A stretch of DNA of 32,000 bases from Raphidiopsis brookii D9 (GTDB taxonomy: Bacteria; Cyanobacteriota; Cyanobacteriia; Cyanobacteriales; Nostocaceae): the NCBI GenBank assembly GCA_000175855.1, contig ACYB01000019.1:30001-62000 (forward strand), given 5' to 3'. The position numbers were made by a program, and so were the translations under genes. The notes under the pieces were generated by a model. It was given only the letters and a program-made list of their open reading frames with translations, made no database searches and was not told the origin of the DNA. The stretch's first letter is position 1, and every line of letters starts with the position of its first letter. This document shows, one piece after another, positions 10,701 to 19,610 of the stretch.

Positions 10701-11288
10701 TAGCCATCTTCCAATTACTTGGTCTTCGAGAAATGGTTGTCCTTCCTCTCCCACCTTTTCTGCTTTTCCCTTTCTCACCGCACGAATAGCTGGACTATGT
10801 ACTAGCCGACTTAACGCGTTGTCAACTGCCAAATTAGCTTGGGAGGTGATTAAGGTACGACCACCACGCAAAGCTACTTGATAGCAAATTTCCGCTATGA
10901 CCGTGGTTTTACCAGTTCCGGGAGGACCCTGAATCAGAACTAAATCCTCAGCAGAAAGTACCTTTTCCACGGAAGCTTTTTGTCCAGGATTGGCCGCAGG
11001 TAATAATAAATCCTGGGATTGGAGCTTGATGGTTTTTTCAATTGGTCTTGCTTGGGAAGCATCAAACAGAAAATCTCCCAGATAGGGATTTTGAGTACGA
11101 CCTTGTTTTAACTGCTCTAATGCCTTTTCTTTGCGTTGAATCTGTTTAATATCACCAGCAGCATCAAAAAACAAGTATCCCTTGGTTGGCAATTGATAAT
11201 TTTCGGTTGCCATATACTCTATCAGATCTTGTTCTAGTCTAATATGAATAATGTTTCTTTCCGAGTCTATCTTTTCAATTGTTCCCAA
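7704..11288 (-). CDS. Large UPF1/DNA2/NAM7-like superfamily 1 helicase with a long predicted coiled-coil insertion
   Basis: Walker A 'GPPGTGKTT' at residues ~121-129; 'IIDEVSKC' with D at residue 901; 'GDHRQLPP'; 'LNTQYRMHP'; 'GTVDRFQGMERPVVIVSMVR'; 'RVNVAFSRAQELLIIVG'. Starts at a TTG codon inside the end of the upstream ORF. Confidence 0.92.
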   Translation of the reverse strand: MGTIEKIDSERNIIHIRLEQDLIEYMATENYQLPTKGYLFFDAAGDIKQIQRKEKALEQLKQGRTQNPYLGDFLFDASQARPIEKTIKLQSQDLLLPAANPGQKASVEKVLSAEDLVLIQGPPGTGKTTVIAEICYQVALRGGRTLITSQANLAVDNALSRLVHSPAIRAVRKGKAEKVGEEGQPFLEDQVIGRWLENTAHDCENNLDQRWEKIQVLQGLLTNYERFRDYYNSIKQFNYQQQKLKAEKSKLDIICEEEERVYSQLIQNKQDMESLIVDLENILNQPKRTKNISSHNLEIRKTLSRIRIHGVENNLSGNLSKSFQKKVAQAKNYMEQLGISCPEDDIFSLSLWLQENIDKEIEGFQATFSYAYDGTMAMADLVKMVKVFHKHSATLQQLQKQLPHQDNHNYNLVRNAQTSIKDLENRHREINYIIDAIQEWKKNASAHIYDLVVNSQTSEVLLTEEMLNLPLGLLMFAHQLQLPILPKNCQIKPPEWQALIKAMSYEVSAKCSNVKGKQYYFSEFIQQHFSQHFLLLQKGDRQKWQGIYQQFKKYQFLSNKQRQILVENTQSWLVQLEQAYGRERFNSSQATAHSHYITQELIEVVLTNSRQCILKLKKETDAQINNLNNLRNNLPKQESWEIIDEQKVNSEQLTKAQAMVDKSKENVKNQLEQVVVILKQLYKQKNLPPKLKNITQECLAKPATIWEREPEFTQQVNLWENSITNLDNLQSGLNPLDLLAKIQEGLPEELIKITQDCEILWLKLEKAKDQLKEITIKLATDIPHDLIREIKWWDIHLQDLPDKLKPKTPETDLLNLDFLDQIKTRFDIWHQELETQQNYLGKYQQFIQDWVAKLRQPSERDSNDLRQIYLDNANVVGITCVQAANYNFSEEFKYFDVVIIDEVSKCTPPELLIPALKAKKLVMVGDHRQLPPMIDSDTVEEVAQTMENSREEIRFVEESLFKFQFEKADDSIKQMLNTQYRMHPTIMGAINQFYHGKLECGILEADIKRAHNLAGTLLRPKDHLIWVKMPKDKQFQEQQLGTSFFNMAEIDVIQKICQQFEDNWWKKIANGKPKKEIAVITFYGAQLRKIEERLTPELFPSLHIRTGTVDRFQGMERPVVIVSMVRNNERGDVGFAKKPERVNVAFSRAQELLIIVGCHDLFTKNIGVVGGMYSQVANIVRRHGGFFDVSRFFE

Positions 11289-11998
11289 TTGACGACTGGT
11301 GCGACGGATTTTTCTGTAGGTATAACATCCGAAAATTTAATCTCCTGGTTTTTTGCTTGTCTTACTCTTTCCCAAAAATTATCTTCATTTATATAGTTCT
11401 CTTCATCTCCATCCAGAGTGGCTGAGTTAATATTAATTTTTAAGACAATTTCTCTTTGCTTTAAATCATAGTAGGAATTCAGAAAATTGACACAGAATTG
11501 TCTAGCTTTGGCTACTCGCTCTTCTACTTTTAAGAATGCTTTCCACGCTCGCAATTGCTCTTCCGTGGGAACATGATTTCCACATATTGGCATTTTGACT
11601 ATTTGCGCTAAAGTCTTAGGTGGAATATGTACCGGTTCATAGTGATTAGGAACTAATTGTAAGTTTAATGGAACAGTATAAGCGTCTTTTTTACCTCTTG
11701 CAATTGGTAATAAATAAGTAGAGAGAATTTTTAAACCACCGTTACCATTTTTTTGCAGTGCTGCTCTTAAACCCAAAGTCTTGTCAAGTTCTTTTAATCT
11801 TTTTGGTAGTGTAAATTCACTTTCATCTGTAGCTATGGTTAAATCCAAAATTTCTTCTTCTGTATCCCTCACATTACCTTGGCGACGAATATAAAATAGG
11901 CATTTTTGTTTCCCCACGCATTCAAAAATGAGTTCATTAGCTCGGTCTTTTTTTTTCTCTAAAGTTTGCATATGATTTAACTCCTTCTTGCCCTTCAA
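11267..11998 (-). CDS. Uncharacterised ORF, possibly the N-terminal part of the adjacent helicase separated by a frameshift
   Basis: 243 aa ORF overlapping the helicase ORF by 22 bp in another frame. One extra A in the A5 run (T5 at 11309-11313 on +) would join the two into a 1431-codon ORF. Confidence 0.75.
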   Translation of the reverse strand: MKGKKELNHMQTLEKKKDRANELIFECVGKQKCLFYIRRQGNVRDTEEEILDLTIATDESEFTLPKRLKELDKTLGLRAALQKNGNGGLKILSTYLLPIARGKKDAYTVPLNLQLVPNHYEPVHIPPKTLAQIVKMPICGNHVPTEEQLRAWKAFLKVEERVAKARQFCVNFLNSYYDLKQREIVLKININSATLDGDEENYINEDNFWERVRQAKNQEIKFSDVIPTEKSVAPVVNWEQLKR

Positions 11999-12342
11999 AA
12001 CTGCGAATTAACCCATCTATTGTGCAATTTAATAGGCTATATCCCCAGATTTGTGACTGATTGATCTGCGACTGATTTTTTGACTGAGTTTGTCATGGAT
12101 GTTCCTGATTCTTAATTTCTCTCACAAATCACTGTTAGTGATTTATTCTATGAGACGTTAGTTTTGAGTGTTAGTTTTTTCTAAAGGATGATTTTAGGTG
12201 ATTTTAATTTTCTAAGTCTTTACCCATAGACAATACCAACATTCCTTAAAGATAGCCCAACTAGTATATCATCTTATTCAGGTTTCCACTCTGGAATTAT
12301 TATGGTTATGTGGGTGTAATTAGGTGTAATTATTTGCATTCC

Positions 12343-13734
12343 TCACTTGATATTGGATCCATTAGATCTAACTGTGTATACAGATGAAAAATCAGGTACA
12401 TCTCCCTTGCTAACCATTGCTCTATATAACAAAGCGCAAACTTCTGCCCTTGTCACTAGTTTTCTAGTGTTTAATAATCTTATGTTTGGGTAATTTACAA
12501 CCACACCATTTTCTGTAATAGCAGCAATCAACCCCCGGTGTTCACTCCTAATCGTAGAAGCGTCTTGGTAAATAGATAATATATCTCTTGTTGAACCGGT
12601 GAATTTATAATTCAAGGCTTTTGCTATGGTAGTTAAAACATCTAAACGGGTAAGTTTTTGGTCGGGACGAAACCTTCTGTTTGCACTAGGGGTTAAAATC
12701 CCCATCTGATAAGTTTTCTGGATGGCGTTATGGGCCCAGTGGTTCTTGGGAATGTCTCGAAATGCGACTTCTCCCCTGATTTTATCTTTAAAAAAGATTT
12801 TTGGCAATAGGGTAGCTAGTTGGGCGCGGGTGATGGGAGCATTGGGACGAAATGTGCCATCAGGATAACCGTCAATGATCTCCATGGCGGCTAATTCCTC
12901 AATATAGTCTTTGGCCCAGTAATTTTGCGGAAGATCGGAAAATCTTACCCGAATTCCCTTGCCTACTCCCACTTCTCTGTATTTAGACAATAAGTTACTC
13001 AGCTGGTATGCACTTTCACTCAATTTGGTTACTTGTACTATTTCACCTGGGGGATATAGGAAAGCTTTTGCTAGTTGGGAATCATTAATGCTAATGGGTT
13101 TACCAACTAGGGCAAATGGTCCCTGGATAAAGCTCCCAGGATAGGTACTAGGTTGGGCAACTTTGGCAAATCCTGCAGCTTGATAAGGACTAAGATCAAT
13201 GTCTGGCGGACTACTGAGGAAGGTAACCTGTTGGTTCCTGATCTCCGTGAAGTAGTCGTAGCTCATAGTTGTGTCTGGATCAACGATCCCATCTTCATCA
13301 CCGTCAACTCCGTAAAAAACTCTTACTAGGGGATTTGGTGGGGAATTCGCTGGTAAAATCAGGTTGACTGTGGTGTGGTTCGGTAAGCAAGCAAATTCCG
13401 TATAACCAACCAGTTGGTTTTGTGTATTATATAGTCTAACTACTATGCGATCGCCCCATTTAAACCCATTTTCAAACTTAGCTTTTTGCTTAATTCTGTA
13501 TTGATAATCTCCCAAAAATCTTTCTTGAAGATATTTCTGTCCATGTTTAGCTTTGAGGGATATACGAGCAATAACTGGAGAAATTGTGCCGTTAGGTTGC
13601 CAAATATAGAGGGTAAATCCAGATTTTTTCTCCTGTACCGGTTGAGGTGTGGGAATTTGTATGGGCACCGATTCCTGTGCCAAAAGTTGCCCATGAGTAG
13701 CTGCTGTAGCCAATGACTCCTGTGTTGGCAACAT
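12343..13734 (-). CDS. S-layer homology (SLH) domain protein; the called start lacks the n-region of its signal peptide
   Basis: SLH-like repeats 'FSDLPQNYWAKDYIEELAAMEIIDGYPDGTFRPNAPITRAQLATLLPKIF' and 'FRDIPKNHWAHNAIQKTYQMGILTPSANRRFRPDQKLTRLDVLTTIAKAL'. Confidence 0.9.
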   Translation of the reverse strand: MLPTQESLATAATHGQLLAQESVPIQIPTPQPVQEKKSGFTLYIWQPNGTISPVIARISLKAKHGQKYLQERFLGDYQYRIKQKAKFENGFKWGDRIVVRLYNTQNQLVGYTEFACLPNHTTVNLILPANSPPNPLVRVFYGVDGDEDGIVDPDTTMSYDYFTEIRNQQVTFLSSPPDIDLSPYQAAGFAKVAQPSTYPGSFIQGPFALVGKPISINDSQLAKAFLYPPGEIVQVTKLSESAYQLSNLLSKYREVGVGKGIRVRFSDLPQNYWAKDYIEELAAMEIIDGYPDGTFRPNAPITRAQLATLLPKIFFKDKIRGEVAFRDIPKNHWAHNAIQKTYQMGILTPSANRRFRPDQKLTRLDVLTTIAKALNYKFTGSTRDILSIYQDASTIRSEHRGLIAAITENGVVVNYPNIRLLNTRKLVTRAEVCALLYRAMVSKGDVPDFSSVYTVRSNGSNIK

Positions 13735-13964
13735 ATTAATTATATTAATTAAGGAGGCAAAAACTAACCCTTCAATACCGTTAATTTACTATTAGTCATT
13801 GTTGTCTATTTAACTAAATGATTGATTTTGACACAGCAGTTATTGTATCATTGTATTTTCGGATATTTTCTTGAATCTGCCATGATATTGTTTTCACAAT
13901 GCCAGGAGGATAAGAAGAATATTACTATAAAGAAACAATACTTTAGAAATCTTAACCAATTACC

Positions 13965-14852
13965 ATGGTCACCACTGAAAATTTACCAACCATAGAAAAA
14001 CAAATTTGGACTTGGCGAAACTATAAAATCCAATATACCATTATGGGTGTGGGTCAACCCCTAGTTCTGGTTCACGGATTCGGAGCTTCTATTGGTCACT
14101 GGCGCAAAAATATCCCCATTTTAGCTAAAGCGGGTTATCAGGTTTTTGCCCTAGATTTATTGGGATTTGGAGGTTCTGAAAAAGCAGACCTAAAATATAG
14201 CATGGAAGTTTGGGTGGAGCTACTAAGAGATTTTTATCACGAACATATCCAATCACCTACTATATTTATTGGTAATTCTATTGGCGCGCTTTTGAGTTTA
14301 ATGGTTGTCACCCAACACCCCGAAATTGCTAGTGGGGCGGTTTTGATTAATTCCGCTGGGGGTTTAAATCATCGTCCTCGGGAATTAAACCCCATTACTA
14401 GGTTTTTGATGGCTACCTTTCGTCAATTGGTCACTAATCCCATTACAGGAACTGTTGTTTTTAATCGAGTTCGCACCAAATCCCAAATCCGTCGTACCCT
14501 ATACCAAGTATATTGCGATCGCAATGCAGTTACCGATGAACTAGTAGATATACTTTATGAACCATCATGCGATCGCGGTGCTAGGAAAGTTTTTGCCTCC
14601 ATTGTCACCGCACCTCCAGGACCAGCTCCCATTACCCTACTACCCAAGTTGACACATCCCTTGTTAGTTCTTTGGGGTGAAAAGGATCCCTGGATACCCA
14701 TAACTGGAACGAATATTTATGCAGAAGCAGCTAATAGTGGTAAGGATATTGAAATTGTACCCATTCCCAATGCTGGTCATTGTCCCCATGATGAGGTTCC
14801 AGATCTTGTCAACAGGGTAATTATTGACTGGTTAGGAAAGAAAAATCTTTAA
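13965..14852 (+). CDS. Alpha/beta fold hydrolase
   Basis: 'PLVLVHGFGASIGHWRKNIPILAKAGYQVFALDLLGFGGSEK', nucleophile elbow 'GNSIG', 'NAGHCPHDEVPDLVNRVI'. Confidence 0.92.
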   Translation: MVTTENLPTIEKQIWTWRNYKIQYTIMGVGQPLVLVHGFGASIGHWRKNIPILAKAGYQVFALDLLGFGGSEKADLKYSMEVWVELLRDFYHEHIQSPTIFIGNSIGALLSLMVVTQHPEIASGAVLINSAGGLNHRPRELNPITRFLMATFRQLVTNPITGTVVFNRVRTKSQIRRTLYQVYCDRNAVTDELVDILYEPSCDRGARKVFASIVTAPPGPAPITLLPKLTHPLLVLWGEKDPWIPITGTNIYAEAANSGKDIEIVPIPNAGHCPHDEVPDLVNRVIIDWLGKKNL

Positions 14853-14942
14853 GCTCATCTAGTCCCGCTGCTAAGATGCGGGGCTATAATGCTATGATAT
14901 TAGGCTTTTTAATTTCCAATTGTTAATGTAAAGTAGTGTTAA

Positions 14943-17798
14943 ATGCCAAATCTATCAGTAAAAAATTTATTAAGCGACAACCTTGCCCACACTCCAAATC
15001 AGGAAAATACCATTCGCATTCGGGGTGCTAGACAGCATAATCTGAAAAATATTGATTTGGACCTACCTCGTGACCAACTAATTGTATTTACTGGTGTTTC
15101 AGGATCGGGAAAATCTTCCTTAGCTTTTGATACCATCTTTGCAGAAGGTCAAAGACGTTATGTAGAATCACTAAGTGCCTATGCTCGTCAATTTTTGGGT
15201 CAATTAGATAAACCAGATGTAGAATCCATTGAAGGACTAAGCCCTGCTATTTCTATTGATCAAAAATCCACCTCCCATAACCCTCGCTCCACCGTGGGAA
15301 CAGTCACAGAAATCTATGATTACCTGCGATTGCTTTATGGACGTGCTGGTGAACCCCATTGTCCCCATTGCGATCGCTCTATTTCTCCCCAGACCATTGA
15401 CCAAATGTGCGATCGCATTTTATCACTTCCTGACCATACTCGATTTCAAATTTTGGCACCTGTATTGAGGGGAAAAAAGGGAACCCATAGGAAACTGCTC
15501 TCTAGTTTAGCAGCTCAAGGGTTTGTTAGGGTGCGGATCAATGGAGAGATTTTCGAACTTTCAGAGGGTATAGAATTAGATAAAAATATTAGTCATAATA
15601 TAGAACTGGTAATTGACAGATTAGTTAAAAAAGAAGGTATTGAGGAGCGTTTAGTAGATTCTCTCACCACATGTCTGAAACAGTCCGAGGGGATAGGGAT
15701 AATTGAACTAATGAAAAACCCTGCAGATGAGGAATTACCATCAGAGATTATCTTTTCCGAGAACTTTGCCTGTCCAAAACATGGGGGAGTAATGGAAGAA
15801 TTATCCCCCAGATTATTTTCCTTTAACTCTCCCTATGGTGCTTGTTCCCACTGTCATGGAATTGGCACACTAAAAAGATTTTCTCCTAAGTTATTGATAC
15901 CAGATCATCAAGCACCAATATATGGAGCCATAGCACCTTGGTCAGAAAAGGAAAACTCCTATTATTTAGAATTATTGTATGCCTTAGGAGTGCAACATGG
16001 ATTTCAATTACAAACCCAGTGGGGGGATCTAACTAAAGAGCAGCAACAAATAGTTTTATATGGAGAGAACCTAGAAACCCCAACGGGGGGGAGAAAACAA
16101 AATTTTAGGGGAGTAGTTCCCATGTTACAAAGACAATATGAGGGAGGGACAGAACTAATCAAGCAGAGACTAGAAGAATATTTAATCGATCAACCTTGTG
16201 AAGTGTGTGAAGGAAAAAGATTAAAACCAGAAGCTTTAGCTGTGAAATTAGGTCAATATGGAATTTGGGATTTAACCAGCGTATCAATTAGGGAATTTCA
16301 GGAAAGAATAGAAAACTTAAAATTAACTGCTCGGCAAATACAAATTGGCGATTTAGTCATCAAAGAAATTAAACAGAGATTGCAATTTTTACTAGATGTA
16401 GGTTTAGATTATTTGACCTTAGATCGTCCGGCCATGACCTTATCAGGTGGAGAAGCACAACGAATTAGACTAGCAACCCAAATTGGTTCCGGTTTAACGG
16501 GAGTGCTTTATGTATTAGATGAACCGAGCATTGGACTCCACCAAAGAGATAATGATAGACTGTTGAAAACCCTGATCAAACTGCGAGACTTGGGAAATAC
16601 CCTAATTGTAGTGGAACATGATGAAGAAACTATCAGAGCAGCAGATCACATAATTGACATTGGTCCTGGTGCGGGTATTCATGGAGGACATATTATTGCC
16701 CAAGGAACAATTGAAGATGTATTAAAGGCAGAAAATTCCCTAACAGGAGCCTATTTATCCAAAAAAATAGTAATTGATACCCCCACAACTAGAAGGGGAG
16801 GAAACGGCAAAACTCTGAACATTAAAAATGCCCACCGCAATAATTTAAAAAACCTAGATGTGGAAATTCCCTTGGGAAAATTAGTTGCTGTAACCGGAGT
16901 TTCTGGTTCAGGAAAATCAACTTTAATTAACGAACTGCTCTATCCTGCACTGCAACATCATTTATTAAAAAGAGTACCCTTCCCTTCAGAAATAGATGGA
17001 ATAGGAGGATTAAACTGTGTAGATAAAGTCATTGTCATAGATCAGTCACCCATTGGGAGAACACCCAGATCTAACCCAGCTACCTACACAGGAGTATTTG
17101 ACCTGATTAGAGAAGTGTTTTCCCAAACTATCGAGGCTAAAACTAGAGGATATAAACCTGGACAATTTTCTTTTAATGTCAAGGGAGGTAGGTGTGAAGC
17201 TTGTAATGGACAGGGAGTAAATGTTATAGAAATGAATTTCTTACCGGATGTTTATGTTCAATGTGAAGTATGTAAAGGAGCTAGATATAATCGAGAGACC
17301 CTACAAGTTAAATATAAAGATAAATCCATCTCTGATGTTTTAAAAATGACTGTTGAGGAAGCACTAGCATTCTGTGAAAACCTCCCCAAAGCAGTCAGCA
17401 AATTACAAACATTAGTGGATGTTGGTTTGGGATACATACAGTTGGGACAACCCGCTACCACCCTATCAGGAGGAGAAGCACAACGGGTTAAATTAGCTAC
17501 GGAGTTATCTCGACGTGCTACGGGTAAAACATTGTATTTAATAGATGAACCCACCACCGGACTATCTTTTTATGATGTTCACAAATTATTAGATGTGATT
17601 CAGAGATTAGTGGATAAGGGAAATTCTATCTTAGTGATTGAACATAACCTAGATGTGATTCGTTGTGCGGATTGGGTTATAGATTTGGGACCAGAAGGAG
17701 GTGATAAGGGGGGAGAGATCATTGGGGTGGGAACTCCAGAACAACTTGCTCAAAATCCCCGCTCCCATACTGGAACATATTTAAAACGGATGTTATAA
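14943..17798 (+). CDS. uvrA: Excinuclease ABC subunit A
   Basis: 951 aa. 'IRIRGARQHNLKNIDLDLPRDQLIVFTGVSGSGKSSLAFDTIFAEGQRRYVESLSAYARQFL', two Walker A motifs, two 'LSGGEAQR' signatures, zinc-finger cysteines 'CEACNGQGVNVIEMNFLPDVYVQCEVCKGARYN'. Confidence 0.99.
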   Translation: MPNLSVKNLLSDNLAHTPNQENTIRIRGARQHNLKNIDLDLPRDQLIVFTGVSGSGKSSLAFDTIFAEGQRRYVESLSAYARQFLGQLDKPDVESIEGLSPAISIDQKSTSHNPRSTVGTVTEIYDYLRLLYGRAGEPHCPHCDRSISPQTIDQMCDRILSLPDHTRFQILAPVLRGKKGTHRKLLSSLAAQGFVRVRINGEIFELSEGIELDKNISHNIELVIDRLVKKEGIEERLVDSLTTCLKQSEGIGIIELMKNPADEELPSEIIFSENFACPKHGGVMEELSPRLFSFNSPYGACSHCHGIGTLKRFSPKLLIPDHQAPIYGAIAPWSEKENSYYLELLYALGVQHGFQLQTQWGDLTKEQQQIVLYGENLETPTGGRKQNFRGVVPMLQRQYEGGTELIKQRLEEYLIDQPCEVCEGKRLKPEALAVKLGQYGIWDLTSVSIREFQERIENLKLTARQIQIGDLVIKEIKQRLQFLLDVGLDYLTLDRPAMTLSGGEAQRIRLATQIGSGLTGVLYVLDEPSIGLHQRDNDRLLKTLIKLRDLGNTLIVVEHDEETIRAADHIIDIGPGAGIHGGHIIAQGTIEDVLKAENSLTGAYLSKKIVIDTPTTRRGGNGKTLNIKNAHRNNLKNLDVEIPLGKLVAVTGVSGSGKSTLINELLYPALQHHLLKRVPFPSEIDGIGGLNCVDKVIVIDQSPIGRTPRSNPATYTGVFDLIREVFSQTIEAKTRGYKPGQFSFNVKGGRCEACNGQGVNVIEMNFLPDVYVQCEVCKGARYNRETLQVKYKDKSISDVLKMTVEEALAFCENLPKAVSKLQTLVDVGLGYIQLGQPATTLSGGEAQRVKLATELSRRATGKTLYLIDEPTTGLSFYDVHKLLDVIQRLVDKGNSILVIEHNLDVIRCADWVIDLGPEGGDKGGEIIGVGTPEQLAQNPRSHTGTYLKRML

Positions 17799-17873
17799 TG
17801 TTATAACTAAGCACAACCTACCCTAGTATTCTTCAGATAGTTGGTCACGATTCAATCCCCCATTACAAACTGA

Positions 17874-19538
17874 TTACAAACTAAACTCATCGAACTTAAT
17901 AACTGGAGAGTTGGGACTTGTTGTATCGAAGCGATAACTACTAACAGTACCAGTTCCAGTGTCAAAAATGGTAAAAATTGTGAACTGATTGCTTGCAATA
18001 TAAGGTAAGGGTTGACCATCTTCCCCTAGGAGTGGGGAAATAGTAGGTGTGATTGGTGGTAATCCGTTAGGATTACCACTTGCTATGTAGTCTTCTGGAA
18101 AATCCTCTTGATATTGTTTGGGGATGTCTCGCTCTCTTTTTCCCCAAGCAGCACCGTAGGAATTACCCACATTAGAAGTTTCTAAAAAGTTGACTCCTCC
18201 TTGACCAAGAAACCGATTCCACAGGTGGGAGTGTCCATAAAAGACTAGTTGAACTTTGGCCTTCTCTAGTAGGGGTATCAAGTCACGAATTATATAATCA
18301 GTGTTTTTGGGATATTGATAAGTTACAGACTGAATATTCCCTAATTCATCTTTTTCAATAATCTGTAAAGGATTAGTATAAGCTGGGACAATGTTATCAC
18401 CTAGAGTATGTGCTGGATGGTGAAACATTACCACTTTATATTTTGCTTGTTCAAATTCAGGACTGTTTAATTCTTGCTCGAGCCAAATATATTGGTCACT
18501 TCCTGGAACAATTGGTTCATAAATTATTTGGCCATATCCCCAATTTTCAGGAGAGGAAAGTTGCTGATTTGTTTCTTTATATCTACCTTTTGCAGGGGAC
18601 GCTAACTTGGGATTTCTCCATGCGTTCGTCACATATAAAACTATTAATCTCACATCCCCAAAACTGAGGGCGTAATAAGTTTTTCCCCCGGTTTTACTCT
18701 TGGGTAAACTAAAAATTTCCTCATAGGTAATAGTATTAAAACAATAGTCTTTTAAATATTCTTTTCCACAAACCTGATGATAGCATTCCCGAGCAATTTC
18801 GCGGGGAATGGTGTCATTAAATTCGTGGTTTAAACTAATATTTCCCGTATATCTTCCCATGATCTCATGATTACCAATACAGGGGAACAAGGGAGCATTC
18901 TGAATAATTTTACCACCGGTATAGGTAAGTTTCTCCCCGTTATATTCCATAGTATATTGGGCACGACCTTGTAAACCTGGAAAAAAGGCATTACCGCGAA
19001 GATCATCAAACCACTCTGAAGCGCGATCTGGCACATTGACTAAGTCTCCAGCAAACCAGACCGCGTCAACTACACCAACGGTTTCCACCACTTTCTGTAA
19101 ATTGGCCGCTATCATTGGTTTTAATTGGTGATCGGAGGTGAGAAGAATTTTCAGGGGTTTACCTGGTTGGGGAATAGATGTAAGAGTAAAAACCTCACTG
19201 TTTATTTTTACCCCATCTTCTGTTATACTAGTTACATAGTAGGGTATCCGTAAATTGGAAGTTAGATCCGTAATTTCTGCTTCCTGTCGCCAAATATCCC
19301 GTGGAACTGGTTTTTGGTAAACTTCTCCTTTTTTTCTTTGCTCTTTTACCCTGGATTCCTGATCTTCTCTGACGCGGGTCAATTTTGTGGTTTGAGCAAT
19401 GGTGGTTTTTTCCAGATGATCACCATAAGTAACTAAATGCTGCTCACCCGCAAATTCCGTAAACCAAACCACCCGCACCGAATTGACCATTGGTAGTTGT
19501 AGAAATGGATCTGTTAACAGTTGGGGTTCGGATCTCAT
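17874..19538 (-). CDS. Metallophosphoesterase family protein (calcineurin-like)
   Basis: 'DAVWFAGDLVNVPDRASEWFDDL', 'PCIGNHEIMG', 'VMFHHPAHT', 'VQLVFYGHSHLWNR'. Confidence 0.88.
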   Translation of the reverse strand: MRSEPQLLTDPFLQLPMVNSVRVVWFTEFAGEQHLVTYGDHLEKTTIAQTTKLTRVREDQESRVKEQRKKGEVYQKPVPRDIWRQEAEITDLTSNLRIPYYVTSITEDGVKINSEVFTLTSIPQPGKPLKILLTSDHQLKPMIAANLQKVVETVGVVDAVWFAGDLVNVPDRASEWFDDLRGNAFFPGLQGRAQYTMEYNGEKLTYTGGKIIQNAPLFPCIGNHEIMGRYTGNISLNHEFNDTIPREIARECYHQVCGKEYLKDYCFNTITYEEIFSLPKSKTGGKTYYALSFGDVRLIVLYVTNAWRNPKLASPAKGRYKETNQQLSSPENWGYGQIIYEPIVPGSDQYIWLEQELNSPEFEQAKYKVVMFHHPAHTLGDNIVPAYTNPLQIIEKDELGNIQSVTYQYPKNTDYIIRDLIPLLEKAKVQLVFYGHSHLWNRFLGQGGVNFLETSNVGNSYGAAWGKRERDIPKQYQEDFPEDYIASGNPNGLPPITPTISPLLGEDGQPLPYIASNQFTIFTIFDTGTGTVSSYRFDTTSPNSPVIKFDEFSL

Positions 19539-19610
19539 CTGGGAAACCTGCTTTAGTCATGGTTATACTATCCTACCATTATCCTACCACTAGATTTTGC
19601 CATTCCACCT

